DNA of 64,000 bases from positions 200,942,001-201,006,000 of the forward strand of contig NC_067403.1 of NCBI RefSeq assembly GCF_016432865.1, in the 5' to 3' direction. Shown here piece by piece: positions 1-10,759 of the stretch; the stretch's first letter is position 1, and each line of letters starts with the position of its first letter. The notes beneath the pieces are model-generated. The model saw only the letters and a list, made by a program, of their open reading frames with translations, searched no databases and had not been told where the DNA came from. This stretch comes from Antechinus flavipes. Lineage: Eukaryota. The translations under genes were made by a program, and so were the position numbers.

Positions 1-469
1 CACTCCAATTCTATTACAGGTAGTAAAATCCATCCTTTAATGCAAATGGCTAATTTAGTCCAGAGGGTCTTCATCTCATAGAATCAAGAATATAAGGGAC
101 CATCCATTTCAGGGACTCAACATTTTTTTTTAGCACTCTAGTGAAGTCTACATATATTTACCCCTTCCTCCTTCCCAATAGGGCTCAGTTCTATTACAGT
201 TAGTAGAACCTATCTACTAATCTAGGTGGCTAACATAGTCCAAAGGGTCCTCATCTCTTCTCAGAATCAAGAATGTAAAGGACCTTAAAGACCATCTATT
301 TCAGGGGTTCTTAATATTTTTTTTTTCAAACATGGATCCTTGTTTAGTGACACCTACTGATATCTTCTGAGAATGATGTTTTTAAATTCACTAACATATA
401 TAAGATGACAAAATATACAGGATTATAAAGGAAACAAACTGAAATACAATTATCAAATTAAAAAAAAAA

Positions 470-1247
470 AACAAACCAAGTTCACATATGCCCAAAGGGC
501 TATAAAACTGCATACCTTTTGATCCTGCAATGGCTCTACTGGGCCTGTATCCCAAAGAGATCTTAAAAAAAGGAAAAGGACTCACATGTGCAAAAATGTT
601 TGTAGCAGCCCGGTTTTTAGTGACATGGAACTGGAAAGTGAGTGGAGGCCCATCAGCTGGGGAATGGCTGAATAAGTTATGATATACAAATGTAATGGAA
701 TATTCTTGTTCTATAAAAAATGATGGGCAGGCTGATTTCAGAAAGGTCTGGAAAAACTAGCATGAACTGATGCCAAGTGAAGTGAGCAGAACCAAGAGAA
801 CATTGTATACAGCAAAGGAAGATTATGTGATGGTCAACTCTGAGGGACTTGGCTCTTTTCAACAATGAGGTGATTCAAGGCAATTCCAATAGATTTGGGA
901 TGGAAAGAGCCATCCACATCCAGAGAGAGAACTATGGAGATTGAATGTGGATCAAAGCATAGATTTTCACCTTTGTCGTTGTTGTTGTTGTTGTTGTTGT
1001 TGTTTGTCTGCTTATTTTTTCTTTCTCGTAATTTTTTTTCCTCTTTGGAGCTGATTTTTCCTATGCAGCATGATGAATATGTAAATATATTCAGAAGAAT
1101 TACATATGTTTAACCTATATTGGATAGCTCGCTGTCTTGAAGAAGGAGGGAGGGAGAAAAATTTGGAACAGAAGCTTTTGCAAAGGTGAATGTTGAAAAC
1201 TATCTTTACATGCATTTGGAAATATAAAAAGCTATTAAAAAAAAAAA
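470..1247 (+). mobile_element. L1 ORF2 end plus 3'UTR (marsupial L1)
   Basis: AAAACTGCATACCTTTTGATCC..CTACTGGGCCTGTATCCCAAAGAGAT, GGAATGGCTGAATAAGTT, AAGTGAGCAGAACCAAGAGAACATTG; A-rich tail at about 1236-1247. Confidence 0.85.
978..1004. repeat. (GTT)9 microsatellite
   Basis: Direct reading. Confidence 0.9.
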
Positions 1248-2964
1248 GTCCAGAGACCCCAGGTTAAGAGTCCTAGGGTTCTGCTCATCATTCTGGCCTG
1301 CTGAGATCTCTTTGAATCCTGACTATGTTGTCTAACAAGTTGGCTACCCCTCCCAGCTTTGTGGCAGGTATGCCAGCTATGATTTCATTGTCCAAATAAC
1401 TGATAAAAAAAAATCCTCAGGGCCTCCACTAGAGCGCTTTCTCAGATCTAACCCCGATCCCTAGCCTCGCCCGCCACAGATTGCTCCTCTGCTGACAGCC
1501 TTGTCAGACAGAATCAGGGGATTGGATCATATTTCTAAGGTCCTTTCCAGGATTTCTGAAATCTGGGGTGAGGGTGCAGAATCAAAAGGATGCCGCAGTC
1601 CTCCAGGCCCCTCTTGCTAAAGGGGCCTTTACTCATGGGACTAGTTTTCAGCTTGTGGTCAACCTTGGCCCCAAGATTCCTTTCTGCCCCGCTCCTGATT
1701 TCCATTCCAGTTTGCCCACTTCCAGGCTCCTTAGCCCTCCCACCCATCCCCAAACAATCTGACACAGGATAAGATTTATCTTCCTCCCAGAACACTCCCA
1801 GCATACAAATCTTCAATGGTTCCCTATTGACCCAAGAGACAAATCCTTCATCTGATATGCAAGAGGCTACCTCATGTGATTTCCCTTCCCAGCCTTATCA
1901 TGGAAAGAGGACTGAATGGGATTTGGGGACCTGGCTCTGCTACTTACTAAGTATGGGACCAAGTCCAGGCAGGAATCTCTTCAATCTGTTTAAAAAAGCA
2001 AAAATGAGGAGATTGGGGCAGGTGCTTTCTAAGGTCCCTTCCCAGGCCAGATCCCAGGATCTTTCCCGCTGCCCTGGGTCCGTGTCCTCCACACTTAATG
2101 TCACTGCTGAGGGCAGGAGCCCGAGCCCATCATCTCTTTTCTCTCTCCTCCCCCAGTACTCGGCAGGCAGTGGGTCCTGCCTTAACGCTCTGCCTAACTC
2201 CATCTGTGGCATGTCAGCATCAGGGTATTTAGCAATCACTTTTTACAGACGAGGAGACTGAGCTTGGAGCTCCCCGGGCCTCCAGCTGATCGCTGCCTTC
2301 TGCGGCCCGGCCCCTCTCGCCTACTTCCGAACTCCCACAGGCCACGAGCTGCCCAGGCTGGGTGAGCTTCCTGAGCAGCAGGGCCCGAGCTCGCCCCTTC
2401 TCATTCTTGTACCAAGCTCCTGGACTGTGTTAGTCACCGGCGAGGTAAAGATAGAAAGGGAAAAACTCCTCCTCCCGGGTCCCCTGCGCTCAGGAAGGAG
2501 CCGGGCAGCCAGCGGGACTGGGAGGCAGCTGCGCGATCCAGTGGAGTGCCTCACTAGTCACTAGGTCATTGCTCTTAGCTGGGACCTCAGTGGGACCAGG
2601 AAGGGATGCAGCCCTCCGGCAGCCTGACAAAGCTCTGTCCCTTTTCGGGCATCAGTTTCCCCGGGCTCCCACGAGCAGGGCTAGTCTGGCTGACCTCTGC
2701 AGTCCCTTGCGGCTTAGAGGGGCCATGTGACTGTAACATCTGCTCCTCTCAGATACCAGAGATGGCTCTTAGGGCCCTGGTGCATTCATTACCTAGTCCA
2801 TCAGCCCCAGGCCCTGGGCAGCCAGCGGAGTTAGAGCAAGGAAGCCCACCCCGACTCTGTCTCTCCCTCAGCCTTCCTTTCAATTCCCCTTCAGACCCCC
2901 AGAATAACCTTTCTCACACACAGAACTAGTCACAACAAACCTAGCAGATGGTTGTGGTCCCACG

Positions 2965-3120
2965 GATCAGAAACTTAAAATTGGAAGGGCCCTTAGAAGT
3001 CTCTAGTCAATCCCCCCCATTTCATAAGAGGAGAAACTGAGGCCCAGAGGTGTTCCTGATCACAAAAGATGCGGCAGAGTCAAAATTTGAAACTAGGTCC
3101 TCTGAATCTCAATGCAGTCC
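2965..3120 (-). mobile_element. MIR/CORE-SINE
   Basis: GGAAGGGCCCTTAGAAGTCTCTAGTC...GAGGAGAAACTGAGGCCCAGAG (reverse CORE). Confidence 0.65.
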
Positions 3121-3158
3121 TCTTTCCCCCTGTACCTCGATCATTCACTCATTCTCCC

Positions 3159-3547
3159 NNNNNNNNNNNNNNNNNNNNNNNNNNNNNNNNNNNNNNNNNN
3201 NNNNNNNNNNNNNNNNNNNNNNNNNNNNNNNNNNNNNNNNNNNNNNNNNNNNNNNNNNNNNNNNNNNNNNNNNNNNNNNNNNNNNNNNNNNNNNNNNNNN
3301 NNNNNNNNNNNNNNNNNNNNNNNNNNNNNNNNNNNNNNNNNNNNNNNNNNNNNNNNNNNNNNNNNNNNNNNNNNNNNNNNNNNNNNNNNNNNNNNNNNNN
3401 NNNNNNNNNNNNNNNNNNNNNNNNNNNNNNNNNNNNNNNNNNNNNNNNNNNNNNNNNNNNNNNNNNNNNNNNNNNNNNNNNNNNNNNNNNNNNNNNNNNN
3501 NNNNNNNNNNNNNNNNNNNNNNNNNNNNNNNNNNNNNNNNNNNNNNN
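3159..3547. other. Assembly gap (389 N)
   Basis: Run of N. Confidence 1.
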
Positions 3548-4449
3548 GTTGCCTAGCCTGTAAAGTTAGCACGCCTGCATCTAGAGTGGCCAGGACCTCC
3601 ACAATCTGGTGGTCCCTCCCCCGCCTCCCCAGCCTCACTCCGTACTTTTCCCCATGTTCTCCACCCACACCAGCCTCTGCTCTGCCCCTCGGCCCCTCTC
3701 GGTCTCCCTGGGACCGCTCCCTGGGGGCTTTGCTCCCCGTACTGGAACTCCTAGCTGCTTGCTACCCTTAGAAGTGCATCTCCTCGCCAAGCCTTCCCCG
3801 TGCTCCCCATCCCTCTCCCTCTCAGACTCCCTGACTGGGTAAGCCAGGAGAAGTACCATTCCCCTCCTCAGCCAGCAAGCTCCTCGGGGGCAGAGGTCCT
3901 TTGCCATCGACCCCGTGCATCTCCCGCGGCTTACCACAGGCCTGGGGACACGTCCTGCACTTCACAGACGCTTGCTGAAGGAACACGGGCAGCAGTAGCT
4001 GCTCCACGACCAACTCCCCGCCCCAATCCTGGGTCCCAAAGCTCCAGGCCAGGAGAGGGAAGCCAGGACATGAATGCTTAAAAGATGGCCAAAATGACCA
4101 CTCAGGTTAGCCTGAGGAGGAGTCAAAGAACAATAAAAAACAGGTCAAGGAAATCTGGGGAAGCTTCTGGGAGGATGGGCTTGGGAGGACGATCTGGGGG
4201 GAGCACAAGGGGACTGTCCAAGAAACCCAGTGACACTGGTCTTAATCCTTACCTGGTTGCTGCTGATAGTTGGGACAGGATGAAAGGGAAGCTCGGGATT
4301 TTGTCAAATCTGGCCTAAAGTGCAGTGATGGGCTAGGACTTCTAAGTCCTATCTTGGTGCTGCTCTCCTTCCCTGCCCCCCTCCCCAAATCTGGCAGCAT
4401 CTGGCTGGACGCCCGAGGGTTTAGAGGGCACTCTCTCTCCCACGTGACC

Positions 4450-5850
4450 AGGGAATGGGTGACCCAGGTGTGCGGTTCTATTGCCGGTCTATCTCCCACC
4501 CCAACCCCCGACTGTGGGGCGACCTCGGGCTGGGGATGAAGAGGACATATGGACCCCAGGACCCAGGTGTCCGAGGTAGAAAGGGGAAGGGAGAAAGACG
4601 GGGGATCCCGCCTCAGGGGGTCCCCCGGCGCCGTCCCCAGACGCAGAGGGGACCCACGGAGCCCCTGCACCCCCTACCCTAACTGGGGTGACAGTGACGT
4701 CATCCCGGCCGCGCCCCTCCGCGCGTGACGTCATCGCCCGCCCCACTCCCCACCGAGACCCCGTCCCCACGCCAGGGCACGCGTGGGGGCAGTGCCCTCG
4801 CCCCTCGCCAGGAGTGGGCACCACGGCACGGAGGGCCAGAGGGCCGAAGCCGTCCGCGGGCCCCCACCCCCCAACGCCGCGCTCACTCACTGTCTTTGCC
4901 CGCGGGGCCGGGGTCTCTGTGCCTTCGCGTCCCGCTGGCGCTGCAGCAGCCGAAGCCCGAGAGCTGGAGGGCGGGCGGGCGGGCGCTGGGCGCGGGGAGC
5001 GGCCCGCGGGCTCCGGAGCCCCCGCCCCTCCGCTCCCCGCTCGGCTCCGGCTCCGCTCCTGCGGCAAACGCCAGCCCCCCCAAAACCACGCCCCCTCTCA
5101 CCCAGGCCACACCCCTCCGGGGCCTCCAATCGCGCGGTTGGGGGCGGGGCCGGGACGGGCCCCGCCCCCGCTAGTCCCGCGTCCTGCCCCCTCCTTAGCG
5201 AGCCGCAACCTGCGGTCCGTCCACCCCACCTCCTACCCAACCTAGACCTGACAGGGGGCATCTGCGAACCTCCGCGGACTCCCGGGCTTAGGCCCCTTCT
5301 GCCCGGCCTCCGTTTCTCCAGCTGTAAATCGAGGGGGATGGACTAAAATTCTCTCCACGGTCTCTTCCCGCTTACAGCCTCTGCTCCTCCCGGGCTGAGC
5401 TGTCCCTTGTCGGACGAGGTCGCGGCTCCCGCAGGGACCTCCGTCCTCCCCGAGTCAGAGCGCGAATGGAGGCCACCCGGGGCCCTCGCGAGCAGGACCT
5501 CTCTTCTGCGAGGACCAGAGGGGGAAATCACGAGAGGAACTTTCCCACCGACCCGGGTGACGCGGGAGCAGCAGCCGGGAGCAAGGCAGGGTTAGGGGAC
5601 ATCCAAGGTCAGAGGCCAGAGACCCCTTCTCTGCAGAGTGGGCCTGCCCCCAAATCCTCCTCCGTCTGGTCCCGGGCGACAAGAAGCCCGGGTCCCGAGG
5701 CGGACAAGAGAGACGTTAGGTCGCAGTCTCCCCCACCCTCCAGGCCAGTCGGCTATCTCCTTCCACGTCCCTCTACGGTCCGCCCGGCCCAGAGCTTCCA
5801 CTTGCGCTCTCGGCCGAGATCCACGCAGACCTGAGGGGTGCAGACCACCG
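4450..5850. promoter_or_regulatory. CpG island promoter (probable LZTS3)
   Basis: Very GC/CpG-rich; GC boxes (GGGGCGGGG near 5140); two palindromic CRE sites TGACGTCA at 4695-4702 and 4726-4733. Confidence 0.75.
4891..5070 (-). other. Probable non-coding first exon of the next minus-strand gene (LZTS3 by synteny); 5' end approximate
   Basis: Strong donor GACA|GTGAGT at 4891/4890 inside a CpG island, with typical 5'UTR sequence (GAGCGGAGCCGGAGCCGAGC). No LZTS3 coding sequence recognised in the window, so identity rests only on the gene order LZTS3-DDRGK1-ITPA-SLC4A11. Confidence 0.5.
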
Positions 5851-6799
5851 CCAGTGGGACTGGGACAGTCCCAGGAAGCATCATGCTGATTCCGAACCGA
5901 CGCGGTGCCTCCTTCCCCATCCCCCCACCCCGACCCAGCTCGGGCCAGCCGGGAGGGCTTGGGGTGGGGACAAAGACCTAGCTTAGGGCTATCCCTCGCC
6001 CTCCACACTTTCTCCACACCGCTCCTAACCCCGCTTCTATTCCCAGGCAAAAAGCAGCCCTTGCCCTTCTCTATTCCCTGCAAGTTCCTCCAATTCGTCC
6101 ACATTCGCTGCCCCACACCCTCCCTAAACCTTGGCAATCGGTTTTCAATCCTCCCCACCCATAAGAAACCATTTTCTCCAAGGTCACCAATCTTCCTTAT
6201 CAAAGGGGACAAATCCAATGCTCCTCATCTTCTAGGACTTGCCTGCTTTTTACTCCGCTGACCCCTTTCTGGACACTTCCTGGGCTTCCCTTCCTTACAG
6301 ATCTCTCCCGGTTCTCCCCTCTCTTTTCAAATCCTTTCCTAGAGTCAAAAAGAGTTTCTAGTCTTGGTGCTGTTACTTAAAAGCTGTGAGATCTTGGGAC
6401 AAAAATCACTGCCCTTCGGAGCCTGTTTCCTGGGGATAAATGGGGGTTTTATTACTTGCACAGAGAGAAGTGAGAGGAGAGGACAGCTATGAAGACCTGG
6501 CCTGAGTTCGAGTTTTGCCTCTGACATTTAAGGGCCGTTGACCATGGGCAAGCCACTCATTCTTATTCTCCTCACTGCCCTCCCCCCCATTCCTCTAAGA
6601 TCCTAAATAATAAGATGCACATCTGTACATATGGAGGGAGGTTTGTGCATTGAAGGGGTCACCCAAACCACTGAAATCGCTGTCCAGACCCCTTAGAACC
6701 ACCCCCACCTCCCATCCCCATCCAATCATGACTTACCTCACTAGGTCCTTATATGGATCAACTAAGAAAATGCATGTGAAGCAACATATAAATGTCAAC

Positions 6800-8900
6800 T
6801 AGACTCAGAGTTCCAAAAATCTCCATACAGCTTCATGCCCTAATATCTCAAAGCTGCACAAAGACTTTGGGGGCAGCCTTCTCACTTGCCTGTCAGCTTT
6901 TTGCCAGAACTCCCATACCGCGCTCTCCATTGAGCATCCAGTTGACCTGACTGTAGAGCAAACAAGGGTCTTTTGATGTGAATTTGAGTTTCTCCTGATT
7001 GAGTTTGCTCTGTCGCTCTCTGCATGGAATACTCCAGTCCACACATGCCAAACTAGGCCATCAAGACTATGCCGTCCTTCCCTCGGTCTCATAGAGCATT
7101 TCCTTCTCACTGGTCTCTTCTATCATTGTCTTCTCTGCCCCAGATGCTCATCTTAGTTCTGGCACTCCCCCACCCTCTTGCCAGTTACTTCACACCTAGA
7201 TTTTTGCAAATCTCACAGATTTCAGCTGCTGGTCATCTCCCCTCCCCTAGTGCCCCATTCTGCATGAGGTCAGCCAAAGCCTCTACCTTCTCCATGAGGT
7301 GACCCTACCCCCCCTTTCCGATTTCTTCTCAGGCTCCCCAAATATGAACCTTTCCAATTTTAGCCAGTACATTGTTTGTGTACATCACTGCCGCCTTGTT
7401 GCCCTGCTTGGGTCTCAGCCAGCCCAGGAATATCTCATCTTCTCCAAAACCTGCCAGAGGTCCAAAATGCTCTGCCTTTGCCCAGAAGCTGGGCTGCCCA
7501 TCCCCACCCCCACTCTTTGCACCCCAACCAGAGTCTTCAGCTCCGCCTCTGAACTACTTAATCCTGCTGGTTCCTGCCCAATGACTTCACCTGCTGCTGG
7601 GCCTTATGATACTGTTTCTTGCCTTGGGCTGGGGCTCTGACCCAGAACGGGACACTGCTCCTGAGTTACTAAGGCCCACACCCCCTTTAGGGCTCCCACA
7701 AGTTCCTGCTCTTGGCACCTTAGATTCAGAAGACTGGCTGATGTAGCTGAGTGCCAGCTTCTGCCTGCAGCATGAATCCCCAGACAGGTGATTGATTATC
7801 CAGACTTGGCTTGAAGACATCAGTGCTGGGGACCTTGCCCCAGTTCTGACAGCTTCGGCTGTGGGGAAACTACTGTTTGAAGCCAAAAGCCTCTTCCTTT
7901 CTATTTCCCCCCTGCTGCTCCTCCCGGCCCATGGGACAAACAAAATCTAAGCCCTCTCCCACGAGAGTAATTCAGATATACGGGGCCAGCACCGGTCTCA
8001 GATCACTTCTGACTATGGGCATCCTCCTTCTGGAAGTCCTGATGGGGTGTCAAACTCTAAACTCACCTCCCTTCCCCCCAAACCCACCAATTCCTCTGGC
8101 ATCCCTTTTTCTTGAAGGATGGAATCCTTGAAGTCATTTCCTCCTTCAGAGCCAAGCTGACCTCCTCTGTCTCTTCTCTTCACTGACCCTCCCGCCACTG
8201 CTCTAATTTAAACCTTTGTTATCTGGAGACTGAACTGTAGTCACCTGCCGGCTGATATCCTCGCCCTCAGTCTCTCCCTTGTCCATTCCATCCTCCTCGG
8301 TTGCCCTCAGTATGTCTGATTCTGTGACTCTGTTTGGGGTTTTCTTGGCAGAGACACTGGCCCTTTGACACTTCTTTCTCCACGGAAGCTGAAGCAAACA
8401 GGGGGAAGTGACCTGCTCAGTGTCTGAGGCCCAGTGCTCTACACGCTGCACCATTCCAACCTTCAGGCAACTGCTAAAACAATCTTCAACAGGCCTATTT
8501 CACAGCCTTGCTCAAAAGCTTCCATAGCTCCCTACTGCTTAAAGCATAAAATGAAAACTCCTTACTCTGCTAATCTAACCTGCCCTTATATCCCTCTGTA
8601 TTTCAGCCCGCTCTGCCTTGGGTTTGCATGGATCTCAGCAGTTTTCCAGTCTTGGCAGACATCCCCTTCCCTCCCCAGTGCATGCAACTTTCTCTCACCA
8701 CCTCCTCCAAGGATGTCCTGATTGCTCCAAGTGAAAGGACCTCTCCCTCCTCCGGTTTTCCTTTGTATCTGTGCTGATGCATCTCTTGCACTCACATTTC
8801 CAGAGTCAACCTGATGATCTCATGTACATCTCATCTGAGTTCTCTCCTCCCAGCCTCACTCCCTAACCCAATTCGTCTGTAAGTGCCCTCAAAGGCAAGG
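6800..8900 (+). mobile_element. Ancient L2 LINE ORF2/3' region, fragmented; boundaries approximate
   Basis: The minus strand shows typical L2 antisense stretches (GGAGAGACTGAGGGCGAGG..., GGGTTTGGGGGGAAGG...GAGTTT, CCCATGGG..GAGGAG). All frames are broken by stops. Confidence 0.6.
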
Positions 8901-9322
8901 GACAAGCTTCCTGTTTTTCTCTTCATTTCAATCGCTCCTCCTCCTGCCTGATTCCCTCAGGATAGGCAAAAGGCTGTGGAGGACTTCAGGGTTCGCTCCC
9001 GGCTCCGACCTTTAGACACCAAGTGACAAGGTCAAGCAGCTAACACGAGGCTCGGTTTCTTTACTCTATCTCCAAAGGATCTTTGCACAGAGAATGAAGC
9101 CACTGCCCCAGTAGCCTTCCAGGGTTGGGAAGGAAGGCTGCTGAGGAGCCATTCTCATTGTGGGAGTACTTTAAGACAGTGGGATCACTCAAACAGAAGG
9201 GGGGCACTCATTCCTTCCTAAAAATCTCTGCAGTCATACTGACTTTTGTATTAAACACGTAATATTATCTATGGGCTGTGTGCAATTTTATTTTCATTTT
9301 TTGGTTAAATATTTCCTAATTC

Positions 9323-9760
9323 AGTGGCTGAATAAATTATGGTATATGAAAATAATGGATTATTATTGTTCTAAAAAAAAATTAAGAGCAAGCAGATTTT
9401 AGAAAGGCCTGGAAAGATTTACATCAACTGATGCTGAGTGAAGCAAGCAGAACCAGGAGAACATTGTAAACAGCAAAAGCAAGATTGTGTGATGAGCAAC
9501 TGTGATAAACTTGGTCCTTCTCAGCGGTTCAATGATCCAAGGCAATCCTAACAAACTTTGGATGGAAAATGCCATCCACATCCAGAGAGGGAACTCACTA
9601 TTTTCAACTTTTTTTTGTTATTGTTTTTTTCTCAGTTTTCCCCTCTTGTTCTGTTTTTTTCCTCTCCCAACATAATTCATAGAAAAATATGGAAAAAAAT
9701 TAATGTATGTATAACAAAAAAATTTTTTTTGCAAGTGAAGAAAATTTTTAAAAATAACTA
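9323..9760 (+). mobile_element. L1 3' fragment
   Basis: GTGGCTGAATAAATTATGGTATATG ... GAAGCAAGCAGAACCAGGAGAACATTG ... GCCATCCACATCCAGAGA, same family as 470-1247. Confidence 0.8.
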
Positions 9761-9844
9761 TTTCCCAATTAAACTTTCATCGGGTTCAGGTGGCACTTGG
9801 GAATCTATCCTGTAGGTCTGACCTTTGTTACCTTTGCTTTAGGG

Positions 9845-10036
9845 CAGGGGTCCTCAAATGTTTTAAATAGGGGGCTAGTTCACTGTCCCTCAGACTGTTG
9901 GATGGCTGGACTATAGTAAAAATAAAAACTTTGTTTTGTGGGCCTGTAAATAAAGAAACTTCATAGCCCTGGGTGAGGGGGATAATCGTCCTCAGCTGCC
10001 GCATCTGGCCCGTGGGCCGTAGTTTGAGGACCCCTG
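9845..10036. mobile_element. Non-autonomous hAT transposon (OposCharlie1/OC1-like MITE), 192 bp
   Basis: Perfect 14-bp TIRs CAGGGGTCCTCAAA / TTTGAGGACCCCTG; degenerate 8-bp TSD CTTTAGGG / ATTTAAAG (5/8). Family assignment from remembered OC1 termini. Confidence 0.8.
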
Positions 10037-10690
10037 ATTTAAAGTATACAAAGATCTTTCTTCAAAATCATCATGAGGTCAGCAATGCCGGGTGCTCTCT
10101 ACTTTACAGAAAGAAAACTGAGGTTCCAAGAGATGGAATGCTACAGAAATTGGGGTGTCAAGTGCCCCCAGAAGGAGGAGTGCACAAAGTACAGAAGAGG
10201 CATGTGGGGGCTGTTTCCTCGCCACTCCCTTCCTGTCACAGGACCAATCCTGCTCGCCTCTCCCTGCCATTCTTCCAAATGGAAGAAGCCTGTCTGCTCC
10301 CACAAACCCACGCTCTTTGTCAATACAAGTGCTTGTCTCAGGCTCTCTGAGGCATTCTCACAGGAGCCTGGATTGGGAGGGGGAGGGGACACGCCCCCAG
10401 GCTTGTGCCGGTAAGGCAGGTCAGAGGCCTGGATGTGCATGTGCCGGACCCCCAGGTTCTGGGAACGCCCAATCTGGGGGGAGCCGCGGCCTCCGGGCCA
10501 GTCCCTCCCCAGAAGCGAGGCCCTCCTCTCCCAGCCCACTTTCCAAGGACCCCGGGCCTCTGTTGCTCCTTCTGGGACAGCTCCTCTGAAGATTCTCCTT
10601 CCTCCCCATCCCGGAGTGGGGCCCACACCTGCCTTCTCCACCGCCCTCCCCCTTCACCCCAAACACGGGCCTGGACACTGCTTCAGTCTC

Positions 10691-10696
10691 TTTAAT
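10691..10696 (-). terminator. Candidate DDRGK1 polyadenylation signal ATTAAA
   Basis: TTTAAT on + strand, 64 nt past the stop codon. Confidence 0.5.
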
Positions 10697-10759
10697 CTGC
10701 CAGGCAACTCACATCAGAAAGCAAGGTGAGGGGGCTGGCCGCGCAGGGCAGACCTCCGG

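Noticed and set aside
3050-3771. ORFs of 164-219 aa
   Set aside because: They run through the N gap; artefacts. The same applies to ORFs across 11086-11557, except the true DDRGK1 exon at 11769-11817.
6800-8450. Purine-rich, codon-like minus-strand sequence suggesting a processed pseudogene
   Set aside because: Matches the antisense pattern of L2 ORF2; stops in all frames and no recognisable host protein.
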